From a virus (taxonomy: Duplodnaviria > Caudoviricetes), in IMG/VR virus record IMGVR_UViG_2974799246_000001, positions 32,001 through 96,000 of that record: DNA of 64,000 nucleotides; one strand, written 5' to 3'. Positions 28,245-36,539 of this stretch are shown piece by piece. Under the pieces are notes generated by a model. The model was not told the DNA's origin. It ran no database searches and saw only the letters and a program-made list of their open reading frames with translations. The stretch's first letter is position 1; each line of letters opens with the position of its first letter. Both the position numbers and the translations under genes were made by a program.

Positions 28245-28463
28245 TTAGGCGATTCGCACTTCACCCGTAACTGGGTACGGGAAAGTCACTTTGACTGTAT
28301 TGTTATCCACAATGATAACGTCGAGCGGCAGTACCTGATGGAGTTTACCATCGGGCTGCATCGTACACGTAGTCACTGCGACCATACGACCGAAGTTGTG
28401 CGTAATCGTCCATTCAGCAGCAGGCGTTTCTTGTTTGAAAGAGCGCCCCATCGAATAGTTCAT
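28245..28463 (-). CDS. small virion protein, single HNLG-type domain
   Basis: WTITHNFG..V.V...P..G motif shared with 29385, 30055 and 34205; GAGG RBS before ATG 28463. Confidence 0.7.
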   Translation of the reverse strand: MNYSMGRSFKQETPAAEWTITHNFGRMVAVTTCTMQPDGKLHQVLPLDVIIVDNNTVKVTFPYPVTGEVRIA

Positions 28464-28470
28464 AAGTTCC

Positions 28471-29373
28471 TCACAATTCATATGTGTATTGTGGTGTAGG
28501 CAAGTTGATTTGTACCGTACCGTTTCCATTCATCACAGGAACAGCTTGCACAATTTCTGACTCGGCAAGCAGGGCAATATGCAGCGTCTTCTTCTCGTCA
28601 ACGATTGCAGCCATTCCCCATGTAGGAACAGAGACACCCGGTGTTCCACCTGTTATAGCGTGATAAAGATTTGGCACACCCCAGTACAAGGAAAAGTAGT
28701 TCCCTCCAGAGTTGTTGTAATTCACAACCCTTGCGACCGCAGAATAAGACATTGCAGCAGCAGAGATCGCGTTACCGACAACAACTTGATATCCGTTACT
28801 GTTCCATGAAAAGCCATTACCGGCAATCGTAGGAACTGCATCCAGAGTAGGAGGGTACGTGTACAGCATCATACTTGTGCCGTACATCGTATTACCCTGT
28901 TGTGCGTTCAGCAGATCCGTTGACATGATAGGCAAGGTCTTATTTATACCATGCGCGGCCAAAGCCATAGGCCCGGACGACGGACTACCACTCAACATCA
29001 TACCCAAATCATCAATCAGATTGAGAGCGAACTGACGCTCCATATATCGGTAGCTTGGGGTGGTGGGTGCATTCACAGGTGCAAGTGATCCTGTGACAAC
29101 ACCTCGGTTACTCATCCATGTATGATAGATATACCGCGTATGCAGCCACTGTTTCGTACCATCAGCGCTAATACCAGCCGCAGGGTTTAGAGATATCGTA
29201 CCGTTAACGGCGAAATCCTTTGCGCTCGTAACGGACTTCTCGGCACACAATTTTACGAAGTCTGTCCAAGTAAGAATGCTCAGGTCCGGTTTTGGCGTAG
29301 ACGCACCAAACAGGAACAGACCTCGCTCTATCATATGCTTTTTAACACTACGGTAGTTTTGTGCGAAAAGCAT
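28471..29373 (-). CDS. putative virion protein (paralog family)
   Basis: MLFA...LFLFG; VPTWG motif. Confidence 0.75.
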   Translation of the reverse strand: MLFAQNYRSVKKHMIERGLFLFGASTPKPDLSILTWTDFVKLCAEKSVTSAKDFAVNGTISLNPAAGISADGTKQWLHTRYIYHTWMSNRGVVTGSLAPVNAPTTPSYRYMERQFALNLIDDLGMMLSGSPSSGPMALAAHGINKTLPIMSTDLLNAQQGNTMYGTSMMLYTYPPTLDAVPTIAGNGFSWNSNGYQVVVGNAISAAAMSYSAVARVVNYNNSGGNYFSLYWGVPNLYHAITGGTPGVSVPTWGMAAIVDEKKTLHIALLAESEIVQAVPVMNGNGTVQINLPTPQYTYEL

Positions 29374-29384
29374 ATGATTACCCC

Positions 29385-29981
29385 TTAGTACAGAACGACT
29401 GTACCAGTTTCAGGGTTTTCGAAGGTAATCGTAAGCTGACTGGTGCTGTCATGAACGATAGACTTCGGTTGGACTTCTTTAGCGCCCTGATAGATACGCA
29501 CTGCTGGGTTATACCCCAGGTTATGAGTAACTACCCACACAGTTTCGTCAGTGAATGAGGCAGTGAACGCTACGGTAGGAGCAGGCAGACCGCTCTCAAT
29601 ACCAGACAGCAGCACAGCCGTACCAGCGACAGGCTCAGGGAACATAACGATAGTCGTGTTTGCATCCTGAGTGTGGATTGAGGAAGGCATAACAACGTCA
29701 CCGTTTGAATCGTAGCACTGAACGATAGGCGTACCCGTGTTCATGTTGTGCGCGATCTCCCAGCGGCTTGAAGCAGACGCCTGAGAATAACGGTACATCG
29801 TCATCTGTTGAGTTAACGGTACCCAGATAGGCAGGTCAGCGATCTCAACACAGAACATCAGTCGCTTATCCATGAAAATTGCCATGCCCGGCTGAGGGTT
29901 GTCTGGCCAGTCTTGCACTTCTTCGAATTTGAAGTTCTTGATCGAGCCAAACTCTAAGTCTAAAGTCCCAACGACTTTCAT
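29385..29981 (-). CDS. virion protein with two HNLG-type domains
   Basis: WEIAHNM..P.V..YD and WVVTHNLG..P.V..Y repeats. Confidence 0.8.
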   Translation of the reverse strand: MKVVGTLDLEFGSIKNFKFEEVQDWPDNPQPGMAIFMDKRLMFCVEIADLPIWVPLTQQMTMYRYSQASASSRWEIAHNMNTGTPIVQCYDSNGDVVMPSSIHTQDANTTIVMFPEPVAGTAVLLSGIESGLPAPTVAFTASFTDETVWVVTHNLGYNPAVRIYQGAKEVQPKSIVHDSTSQLTITFENPETGTVVLY

Positions 29982-30000
29982 AAATCATCTCCTGAAAGGT

Positions 30001-30029
30001 AAAAAGGGTAGGCAGATGCCCACCCCTTT
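30001..30029 (-). terminator. intrinsic terminator
   Basis: Minus strand GGGGTGGGCA-TC-TGCCTACCC then TTTTT. Confidence 0.75.
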
Positions 30030-30054
30030 ATTATGTTACGGCTGTCGTTGTCGC

Positions 30055-31680
30055 TTAGGCTTCTGGTTCAACGTAGGTGTTGGTACCAGTTACGAATGCG
30101 ATTGCAACTTTCTTCGCGGTGGTCAGCTCTACACGCAGGCTGTTCGCGTCGATGAACACAACTTCGTCAGGGATGATCTGGTAGCCAGTATCATCAACAA
30201 CGGTGACGGTACCGAACTTGTGGCCAGCGTTGTGGGTGAAGGTGTGTGCAGTAGCTGCAACGTCACCGCTCGCAGTTTTGTCGTACTGATAAACTTTAGC
30301 AGCAGAACCGCTAGAGCCAGCAGCGATTGCATCAGTAACGAACTTCTTGCTCACCGCAGAGTTGTCGGTGTAGTCAGCGCTGTCACCAGACAGGGTGATC
30401 TGAGTAACTTCACCACCAGCAGCGTCGATGAAACCACCAGCAGTTTTAACAGCAGCAACATCGACAATGATTTTGCTGTTATCAACGTCCTGTTTCAGGC
30501 CGGTACCCAGTGCAGCAGCAGCGATCTGGCCGTAGCCAACACCGCCGTCAGCGATTGCGATACCGTCAACAGAGCGAGACAGAGTAGCGCCGTCCAGTTT
30601 AACGCGAGTGCTGCCTGCGTTATCTTCCAGACCGCCGTTGGCGTCCAGTTTAGCAGTCACGGCATTGCTGGTGATCTGAATACCAGCGCCGACTTTAACG
30701 TTGACAACGTTACCAGCTTTTTCCAGACCGTCACCAGCGTTGAACTCGGAAGCGCCGCCGAATGTAGTCCACTCAGTACCATCGAAACGACGATACTCTT
30801 TGATATCTTTAACCCAGGTAACCGCACCACCAGCTTCGCTGTCAGTTGGGTCGAACACGATAACGAACGCAGTGCCGTTATAGCGAACGATCATGTTGTC
30901 AGCCAGACCAGTGATAGAACCGAAGTTCGGGTTGATGGTGTCAGCAGACAGGATGATGTACTGCTTACCGTTCTCCAGAACAGGGTCCAGAGTGCCGTCA
31001 GCCTGAATACCGTCAGAGTCTTTCAGCCAGTCGATGCCAGCGATAGCGTTGTCGATATCGATCTTACGAGCAGCGTCGTTCGGGTTAGCAGGAGCGGCCA
31101 GGTTAGCAACGGTATTACCGTTAGCATCCAGGTCGCCAGTCAGTTGGCCGTTAGCCGCATCAACTTTACCCGCCAGCGCAGTTTCGTTCGCGTTAGCTTT
31201 GTTGCTAACAGCAGTGATCTGAGACTGGATGTTAGAGCTTGCGCCAGACAGATAGCCCAGCTCGGCAGCAGTGATGGAGGAGCTTTGCAGTTCAGAGTCG
31301 GCGCCAGCGATAACAACCGCGTTCTCGGTCAGGCCGCTGATTTTGTCTTGCTTGGTAGCAACAACGGTTTCAACGTGTTTCTTAGAAACAGCCGCGTTGT
31401 CAGCAGAAGCAGACTGGTCAGGACCAGACAGTTCGAGGTCAGCAGTCATTGCCACAGAACCGTCAGCCAGGATAGCGCCTTCTACAGAACCACCACCAGT
31501 GCCCAGCTCTTTGATTGCAGTACCGTCGAAGTATTTGTACTTCTTATCGGTGCTGTTGTACCACATGCGGGCTTCTTGTGCCGCGACCAGATCACCAACT
31601 ACAGGGTCGGCTGCAAGAACTTCTGGGCGGAAGTTCTTAATAGAAGCGCCGAGCATTAAATCAAGATTACCAGTACGCAT
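30055..31680 (-). CDS. fibre/whisker shaft-like structural protein
   Basis: DAA.K / AVSKK.V and AGDGL fibre repeats; C-terminal HNAG domain. Confidence 0.8.
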   Translation of the reverse strand: MRTGNLDLMLGASIKNFRPEVLAADPVVGDLVAAQEARMWYNSTDKKYKYFDGTAIKELGTGGGSVEGAILADGSVAMTADLELSGPDQSASADNAAVSKKHVETVVATKQDKISGLTENAVVIAGADSELQSSSITAAELGYLSGASSNIQSQITAVSNKANANETALAGKVDAANGQLTGDLDANGNTVANLAAPANPNDAARKIDIDNAIAGIDWLKDSDGIQADGTLDPVLENGKQYIILSADTINPNFGSITGLADNMIVRYNGTAFVIVFDPTDSEAGGAVTWVKDIKEYRRFDGTEWTTFGGASEFNAGDGLEKAGNVVNVKVGAGIQITSNAVTAKLDANGGLEDNAGSTRVKLDGATLSRSVDGIAIADGGVGYGQIAAAALGTGLKQDVDNSKIIVDVAAVKTAGGFIDAAGGEVTQITLSGDSADYTDNSAVSKKFVTDAIAAGSSGSAAKVYQYDKTASGDVAATAHTFTHNAGHKFGTVTVVDDTGYQIIPDEVVFIDANSLRVELTTAKKVAIAFVTGTNTYVEPEA

Positions 31681-31703
31681 TGTAAATCTCCTGTTGCGTG
31701 GGA

Positions 31704-32447
31704 TTAGAAGAACTGACTGTCACAACCATCAAGGCTACAGCGTAACGCTTGATATGCAGTGGCACGTTCTTCCGTTAGATTGATATACTTATCGTCAATA
31801 TTGTACTTCACTCTAACAGGCACGTCGTACCCATCGAGCAGGCCGTGTCGCTTATAAGCATTCAGGCGTAGCACAGGTGAACTGACCTTAGCATGTTCCA
31901 TGATGTTCAGGTCAATCTTGTCGGCGTAAATGAATGGACGCTCTCGCTTACACATGATGTAATCAATCTCATGCAAATTAAAGAGTGTGAAATTCATATA
32001 GCCAATAATGAACTCCGCAATCAGCCTGAATGAATCAAACATATCAGGCCTAAATTGTTGTGTGAGAATATGATCAACGTACGGTCTGATCTCGGTACGC
32101 ATCTCATACCAACTCTCACAGAACAATGCAGGGAAGTCTTCAGGGTGATGGGCCATAAGGCCCAACACTTCTTTCTCTGTATCTGCAAAGGAACTTAAAA
32201 TGTCTGAGGCATCGTCAGACGCCTCGACACCACGACCGGTCGAAATAAAACGACGCTCAATGTCTCTCAACCAAGATTCCGAAGCAGATAGGTATTGGAG
32301 CAGTGTTTCTCTCGCGGCAGCCGAGAACTCATGCCTGTCGGAGTCAAGAACCTCACCGAGCATGAAGGCTTTCGCTTTGTAGAAATCAATATAGCGCTCG
32401 GCGGTAAATCGTCGAAACCCTATGTTATTCCTCAAATAGCCCATCAT
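31704..32447 (-). CDS. hypothetical helical protein
   Basis: 247-aa ORF, ATGA-coupled to the upstream membrane protein. Confidence 0.8.
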   Translation of the reverse strand: MMGYLRNNIGFRRFTAERYIDFYKAKAFMLGEVLDSDRHEFSAAARETLLQYLSASESWLRDIERRFISTGRGVEASDDASDILSSFADTEKEVLGLMAHHPEDFPALFCESWYEMRTEIRPYVDHILTQQFRPDMFDSFRLIAEFIIGYMNFTLFNLHEIDYIMCKRERPFIYADKIDLNIMEHAKVSSPVLRLNAYKRHGLLDGYDVPVRVKYNIDDKYINLTEERATAYQALRCSLDGCDSQFF

Positions 32448-32959
32448 CGCAATGCCCTCAGATCATTCAACTCCGTGTTGCCTTGAGCGTTTGGAGTTGT
32501 GTAGAGAGAACTGGAGATGCTCTGCAATCTCAGCCCGAGCTTCTCAAGTTCTTGCTGGTTGCCACCTAACTTCTCAAGGACTTCACGCATAAGTTCAACG
32601 GAGCCTTGATGGTCACGGGATTGCTGGGAAATGATTCGTTCGAAGCGCTGCATAGCACGGAGAACAGAGTTCAATCCCTCTTTCATATCCAAATTATCGA
32701 CTGGCGCAGAATCAGAAATTGACTGAATCATTCGCATCATCTGCGCCAAGTCGGCTTGCAATTCATCGCTATCTGTATTGATAGGACGACCTGCTTCTAG
32801 CTCTGCGTTACGCGCTTTCAATTGCTCCAGTTCTTCAAGCTGAGGCAGTAGCTTCAACCAAACGTATGCACCACCTGCGATTAGCAGAACTACAGAGAAG
32901 ACAGTCGCGTAGTTGGACGCAAGCAACTTGTCTAAAATTTCCGCCCACATTATATTCAA
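32444..32959 (-). CDS. single-TM coiled-coil membrane protein
   Basis: TM at ~aa 17-38 then heptad-rich segment. Confidence 0.75.
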   Translation of the reverse strand: MNIMWAEILDKLLASNYATVFSVVLLIAGGAYVWLKLLPQLEELEQLKARNAELEAGRPINTDSDELQADLAQMMRMIQSISDSAPVDNLDMKEGLNSVLRAMQRFERIISQQSRDHQGSVELMREVLEKLGGNQQELEKLGLRLQSISSSLYTTPNAQGNTELNDLRALR

Positions 32960-33240
32960 CCCTTACAGGTGTTATCGTTCAGATCAACAATGACCCTCTC
33001 GGCACCTGGTTCGTTTACGTCAGTGGTTTTGTACGTGTGCGCCATCCTAGGCTTGAACTCTAAGCAGCTCTGACCGTAACGTCCATCGACAACACAGATG
33101 GCGGACAGGCAACTCACATCTTCCTTGAGAATTAAATTTTCAGGAGACTGGTTGACACTCCTAACGGCAGTGATTACAAACCCAACCACAGCGATAGCAA
33201 TGACAACCACAATGGCAATCCTAATTCGCTTGGCTTGCAT
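32956..33240 (-). CDS. small N-anchored protein with 4 Cys
   Basis: Basic N-terminus, TM, Cys-containing domain; TAATTT 35 nt upstream. Confidence 0.7.
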   Translation of the reverse strand: MQAKRIRIAIVVVIAIAVVGFVITAVRSVNQSPENLILKEDVSCLSAICVVDGRYGQSCLEFKPRMAHTYKTTDVNEPGAERVIVDLNDNTCKG

Positions 33241-33305
33241 TTTTGGTTCTACCTCACAGTCCTTTTATCTGACTGAAATTAGCGAACCACACGCCCTGCG
33301 AGGAT

Positions 33306-34334
33306 TTATTCCTCCAATACGCCACTAATCTCCGCAAACATATTTTTGTACACTAAACTCCCACCAAGTTTGTCCAATCTGTCCACCAGCACATATAGCT
33401 TCGGTGTCGTGCGCATGTTAGCCCACGTCTTCTCGTTCGGGTCGAGTCCGCCTACAGTAGGCACAATCACCAGACTGAGGTTTTTATTGGCTCGAACGAA
33501 ACCGATATCCAGATGCGTCCTGTTTATAGTCCTGATAAGCCTATTGATTGCGTCCAAACCAACAGGCTTGTTGAATTCCGTATCATTGACAGTGTTGACC
33601 AAACTAATGAGAATTCCTTTGTCTTTCGTGTCGATATCAAACAGGTCTGCTTTCAGATCTGCCACAGTCGATGCCGAGAAGTATGACACGTCGTGGTTAA
33701 GATCTTTCAGGCAGGAACCTAAGGCACGCGCCGATTCGATGTGAGCCACGTTGTCATCCCGAAGAATATACACAGGCGCATCTGGCTGGTGGGTGCGTTT
33801 CGATATCAAATCAATAAGCTCGCAAGAGGGTCGACCAACAGTAGCCAGCCCCTTGTTAGCAATATAGAATTTGTCACGATACACGTCATATATGTTAGGA
33901 GGCATATACTTCATGTAGTCATCGTCCAGACTAAGAATCATTCGGGGCTTAGTTAATTGAACGACCAACTGCATACTACGGAGCGAAGCCTTGTACTCTG
34001 TATCGGAAAGCACACGGCTAATCGGCAGATACTGCACAACCACAAAGCGTTCGTCGATTGAGTCAACGACAGACCGTATGAGTGTGCTGCCTAATGTAGG
34101 TCCAGCAGAGAACTGGGTAACGATCATCAAACTGCCTGCGACCAAGCTACGTGTCTTAGCTACCGTCTGACCGCTACCCAGCTCGACTACGGAGGACTCC
34201 CACGTTAAGGCTGGATCGTCTCGTCCGCTATCGGCATGTACATAAGCTGCGCTACACCAGAGACAGGCTCCAAGAATGTAAGCAGCAATACGTTGTCCGG
34301 ATCGGCCTCTGCTGGATTGACCGTTTCGGGCCAT
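33306..34334 (-). CDS. exported protein, possibly periplasmic-binding-protein-like
   Basis: AGAGGAG RBS; signal peptide ending AYVHA; alpha/beta alternation. Fold assignment is a guess. Confidence 0.65.
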   Translation of the reverse strand: MARNGQSSRGRSGQRIAAYILGACLWCSAAYVHADSGRDDPALTWESSVVELGSGQTVAKTRSLVAGSLMIVTQFSAGPTLGSTLIRSVVDSIDERFVVVQYLPISRVLSDTEYKASLRSMQLVVQLTKPRMILSLDDDYMKYMPPNIYDVYRDKFYIANKGLATVGRPSCELIDLISKRTHQPDAPVYILRDDNVAHIESARALGSCLKDLNHDVSYFSASTVADLKADLFDIDTKDKGILISLVNTVNDTEFNKPVGLDAINRLIRTINRTHLDIGFVRANKNLSLVIVPTVGGLDPNEKTWANMRTTPKLYVLVDRLDKLGGSLVYKNMFAEISGVLEE

Positions 34335-35032
34335 AGCACTTCTCCTCTCTCGTCAGTGACGTAAGGAATGCCGGCGCCTTTACCCAATCCGTGTCGTAAA
34401 GCCCAAACAGTGTCGGCATTCTCCTGCACGAACACTAACCCTTTGACTTGCACATCGGACGTTGCATTCTCCAGTACCTCAACACGCTTCTCAAGAAGCT
34501 CGGCATCGGATTGCAGCACACGAATAGCAGACAGGTTAGAGTTAACGCGCTGGTTCATGTTGTTGAACATGGTGAAGAACGAGTTGTTCATCGCCGTGCG
34601 AACGCCGTCCGTATAGGACTTTGGAATTAGTTCATCGTTGTCAAACGTTGTTACGCCTGTACGCGCGAGAACTTTACCGGTAAGACGTCCACCACTTGCG
34701 CTGATAATCTGAGGAGCAGGCAAATCAGCCTCATCCCAGATTTGAACAGTGGTCATCACCGTATTGTAGTCGGTCTCTTCCTGCCACGTATTCTTATACG
34801 GTGCAGTAGCCGTTTTGGACTTACGACGCATGACTTTCTTATAGCCAGCGTTCGATCCATCGGCGATGATCCAGAGACCGTTCAGTGGAAATACGTGAGT
34901 AATAGGTTCGGCGAACGAAAGAATAATCGTAACGTCGGCGCCTACCTTGTACGCAATATCGTTCGACGCAGAAAGCCCTTGCTGTTGAGCAAGAGCAATC
35001 AGCGTGTCCACGTAGTTAGTCAACTGGCTCAT
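34205..35032 (-). CDS. virion protein with coiled coil and C-terminal HNLG-type domain
   Basis: VWALRHGLG..PYV.D...F.EPVSG. Confidence 0.75.
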   Translation of the reverse strand: MSQLTNYVDTLIALAQQQGLSASNDIAYKVGADVTIILSFAEPITHVFPLNGLWIIADGSNAGYKKVMRRKSKTATAPYKNTWQEETDYNTVMTTVQIWDEADLPAPQIISASGGRLTGKVLARTGVTTFDNDELIPKSYTDGVRTAMNNSFFTMFNNMNQRVNSNLSAIRVLQSDAELLEKRVEVLENATSDVQVKGLVFVQENADTVWALRHGLGKGAGIPYVTDERGEVLWPETVNPAEADPDNVLLLTFLEPVSGVAQLMYMPIADETIQP

Positions 35033-35492
35033 CCGAAACTCCTAACGATTTTAAAATTGAAGAACTTGTATCGGAGAAGGCCTTAGCTATTGCTTTAGCG
35101 GCAACCTTATCGACAACGAGAGTGCTGATTCGGCCTTTGGTGTTGCATACAACTGTTTGCGGTGCATACTGTGCAAGCGCCAAAGCGAATAGCAGATGGT
35201 TGCCTAGATCACCAGAGATAGAAACCTCCACGTCAAGTTCAGGCACGTAGATGTTCTGGTTGATTTCGGCAACAAACTGCGCCAGCGCAACGGGGTCGAA
35301 CTCGGGAAGCGCTGTATCATAGTCCTCAACAAGATCAATCTGTCCTGTTTCCGGATAGTAACGAAATGCAGCAGGGTCCGAGATGATGCGACCGAATAGA
35401 TCGTCGCTCACCTCGATGCAATACTCATCCGTCTTTTCACGCACACGACCAACAATGCTGTTGTTCGCTGGGTTGATTCTGATAATAGGCAT
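35016..35492 (-). CDS. hypothetical protein (possible fibre assembly protein)
   Basis: 158-aa ORF following a collagen fibre gene. Confidence 0.7.
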   Translation of the reverse strand: MPIIRINPANNSIVGRVREKTDEYCIEVSDDLFGRIISDPAAFRYYPETGQIDLVEDYDTALPEFDPVALAQFVAEINQNIYVPELDVEVSISGDLGNHLLFALALAQYAPQTVVCNTKGRISTLVVDKVAAKAIAKAFSDTSSSILKSLGVSDEPVD

Positions 35493-35494
35493 AG

Positions 35495-36316
35495 TTAATC
35501 TCCCTTAGCCTCGAACCAGAAGTCCCAGCCTACAGTATTGGTGCCGCTGGACTTAATGGTAAAGCCACCTAACAAGGCGTTCTCGTTCACTGCACTAGTA
35601 CCATCAAGGTTGTAGAGCGTAAACGTCTTAGCCTGGTTCGTTGCCGCATTCAAGAACGTAATCTGAATGCTTAGGCAGCGGTTGATGAATGGGCTGTTGA
35701 AGATAACGTGAATGGTGTCAGTAGTTGATTTGTTCACGATGCGACCCATGTTCTGGGTAAAGCCCGTGTTCATATCGCGGTTGCTACCAATCCATGCGTT
35801 TGGAATCACAGCACCTGTTACAGGGTCAAGTGCTTGCGCTGTTCGATACTCGTCGATAGCAGCATCACGCCCCGGGTTACCAGTAGGACCCGTCGCACCA
35901 GTAGGGCCGACTGCGCCCGTGTTACCAGTAGCGCCGACAGGGCCCGTGTTACCAGTAGGACCGTTACGGCCTCTTGGGCCACGAGGGCCAGGACAACCGT
36001 CTTCACCATCACGTCCGTCACGACCATCAGCACCAGGAAGACCGCGTAAGCCGTCTTTACCCTGCTTGCCTTCACGTCCTGACTTGAGCTGGTCGGCAGT
36101 AGGCAAACCAATAACGTTCGTCTGACTGCCGTCCGGCCAAATGAGTGTTAACGTACCTGTTGTCGTATCGAACTGAGCACCCTGAGCACCTGGAATCTTC
36201 GCAGCTTCTTGCGGACTGATAAACGCGACCGCAGTAGAAGTCTTCTTACCTAGCACTTTACCGACGGGGTCGGTGCCACCGTCGATGAGTGAAGGATTAA
36301 TGCGTGTTAAAGACAT
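35495..36316 (-). CDS. collagen-like fibre protein with C-terminal beta domain
   Basis: Gly-X-Y repeats; FD..TG.L.L...GLPT motif. Confidence 0.85.
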   Translation of the reverse strand: MSLTRINPSLIDGGTDPVGKVLGKKTSTAVAFISPQEAAKIPGAQGAQFDTTTGTLTLIWPDGSQTNVIGLPTADQLKSGREGKQGKDGLRGLPGADGRDGRDGEDGCPGPRGPRGRNGPTGNTGPVGATGNTGAVGPTGATGPTGNPGRDAAIDEYRTAQALDPVTGAVIPNAWIGSNRDMNTGFTQNMGRIVNKSTTDTIHVIFNSPFINRCLSIQITFLNAATNQAKTFTLYNLDGTSAVNENALLGGFTIKSSGTNTVGWDFWFEAKGD

Positions 36317-36326
36317 GGGTGAACTC

Positions 36327-36530
36327 CTAACCAGTCAGTGTTGTCCAATCAGGTTGGCCCGATTGCCCGGCTTCTGGGTTTTTGACTTTCGTGTTATTGA
36401 TCGTCATACGAACCCAACGGACAGTACCGTCCGCATCTTGCCACCGAACCTTCGTGCCACCGTATGCTAAATTAGCTACCCATCTGTCTCTGCTTGGGTC
36501 TTTGAATGCTAAACGTGCATATGCAGGCAT
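36327..36530 (-). CDS. small protein resembling the N-terminus of 39460..41478
   Basis: Trp/Arg-spaced pattern, GGAG RBS. Confidence 0.65.
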   Translation of the reverse strand: MPAYARLAFKDPSRDRWVANLAYGGTKVRWQDADGTVRWVRMTINNTKVKNPEAGQSGQPDWTTLTG

Positions 36531-36539
36531 AAGTTCTCC

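Noticed and set aside
14060-29373. Diversity-generating retroelement behind the paralog array
   Set aside because: No reverse transcriptase and no template/variable repeat pair with adenine-specific mismatches seen in the window.
29899-31659. 586-aa + strand ORF
   Set aside because: Antisense shadow of the codon-biased fibre gene 30055..31680.
36469-36474. GCTAATTT inside gene 36327..36530 as a late promoter
   Set aside because: Intragenic and ~150 nt from the next start, outside the 23-35 nt spacing of the other sites.
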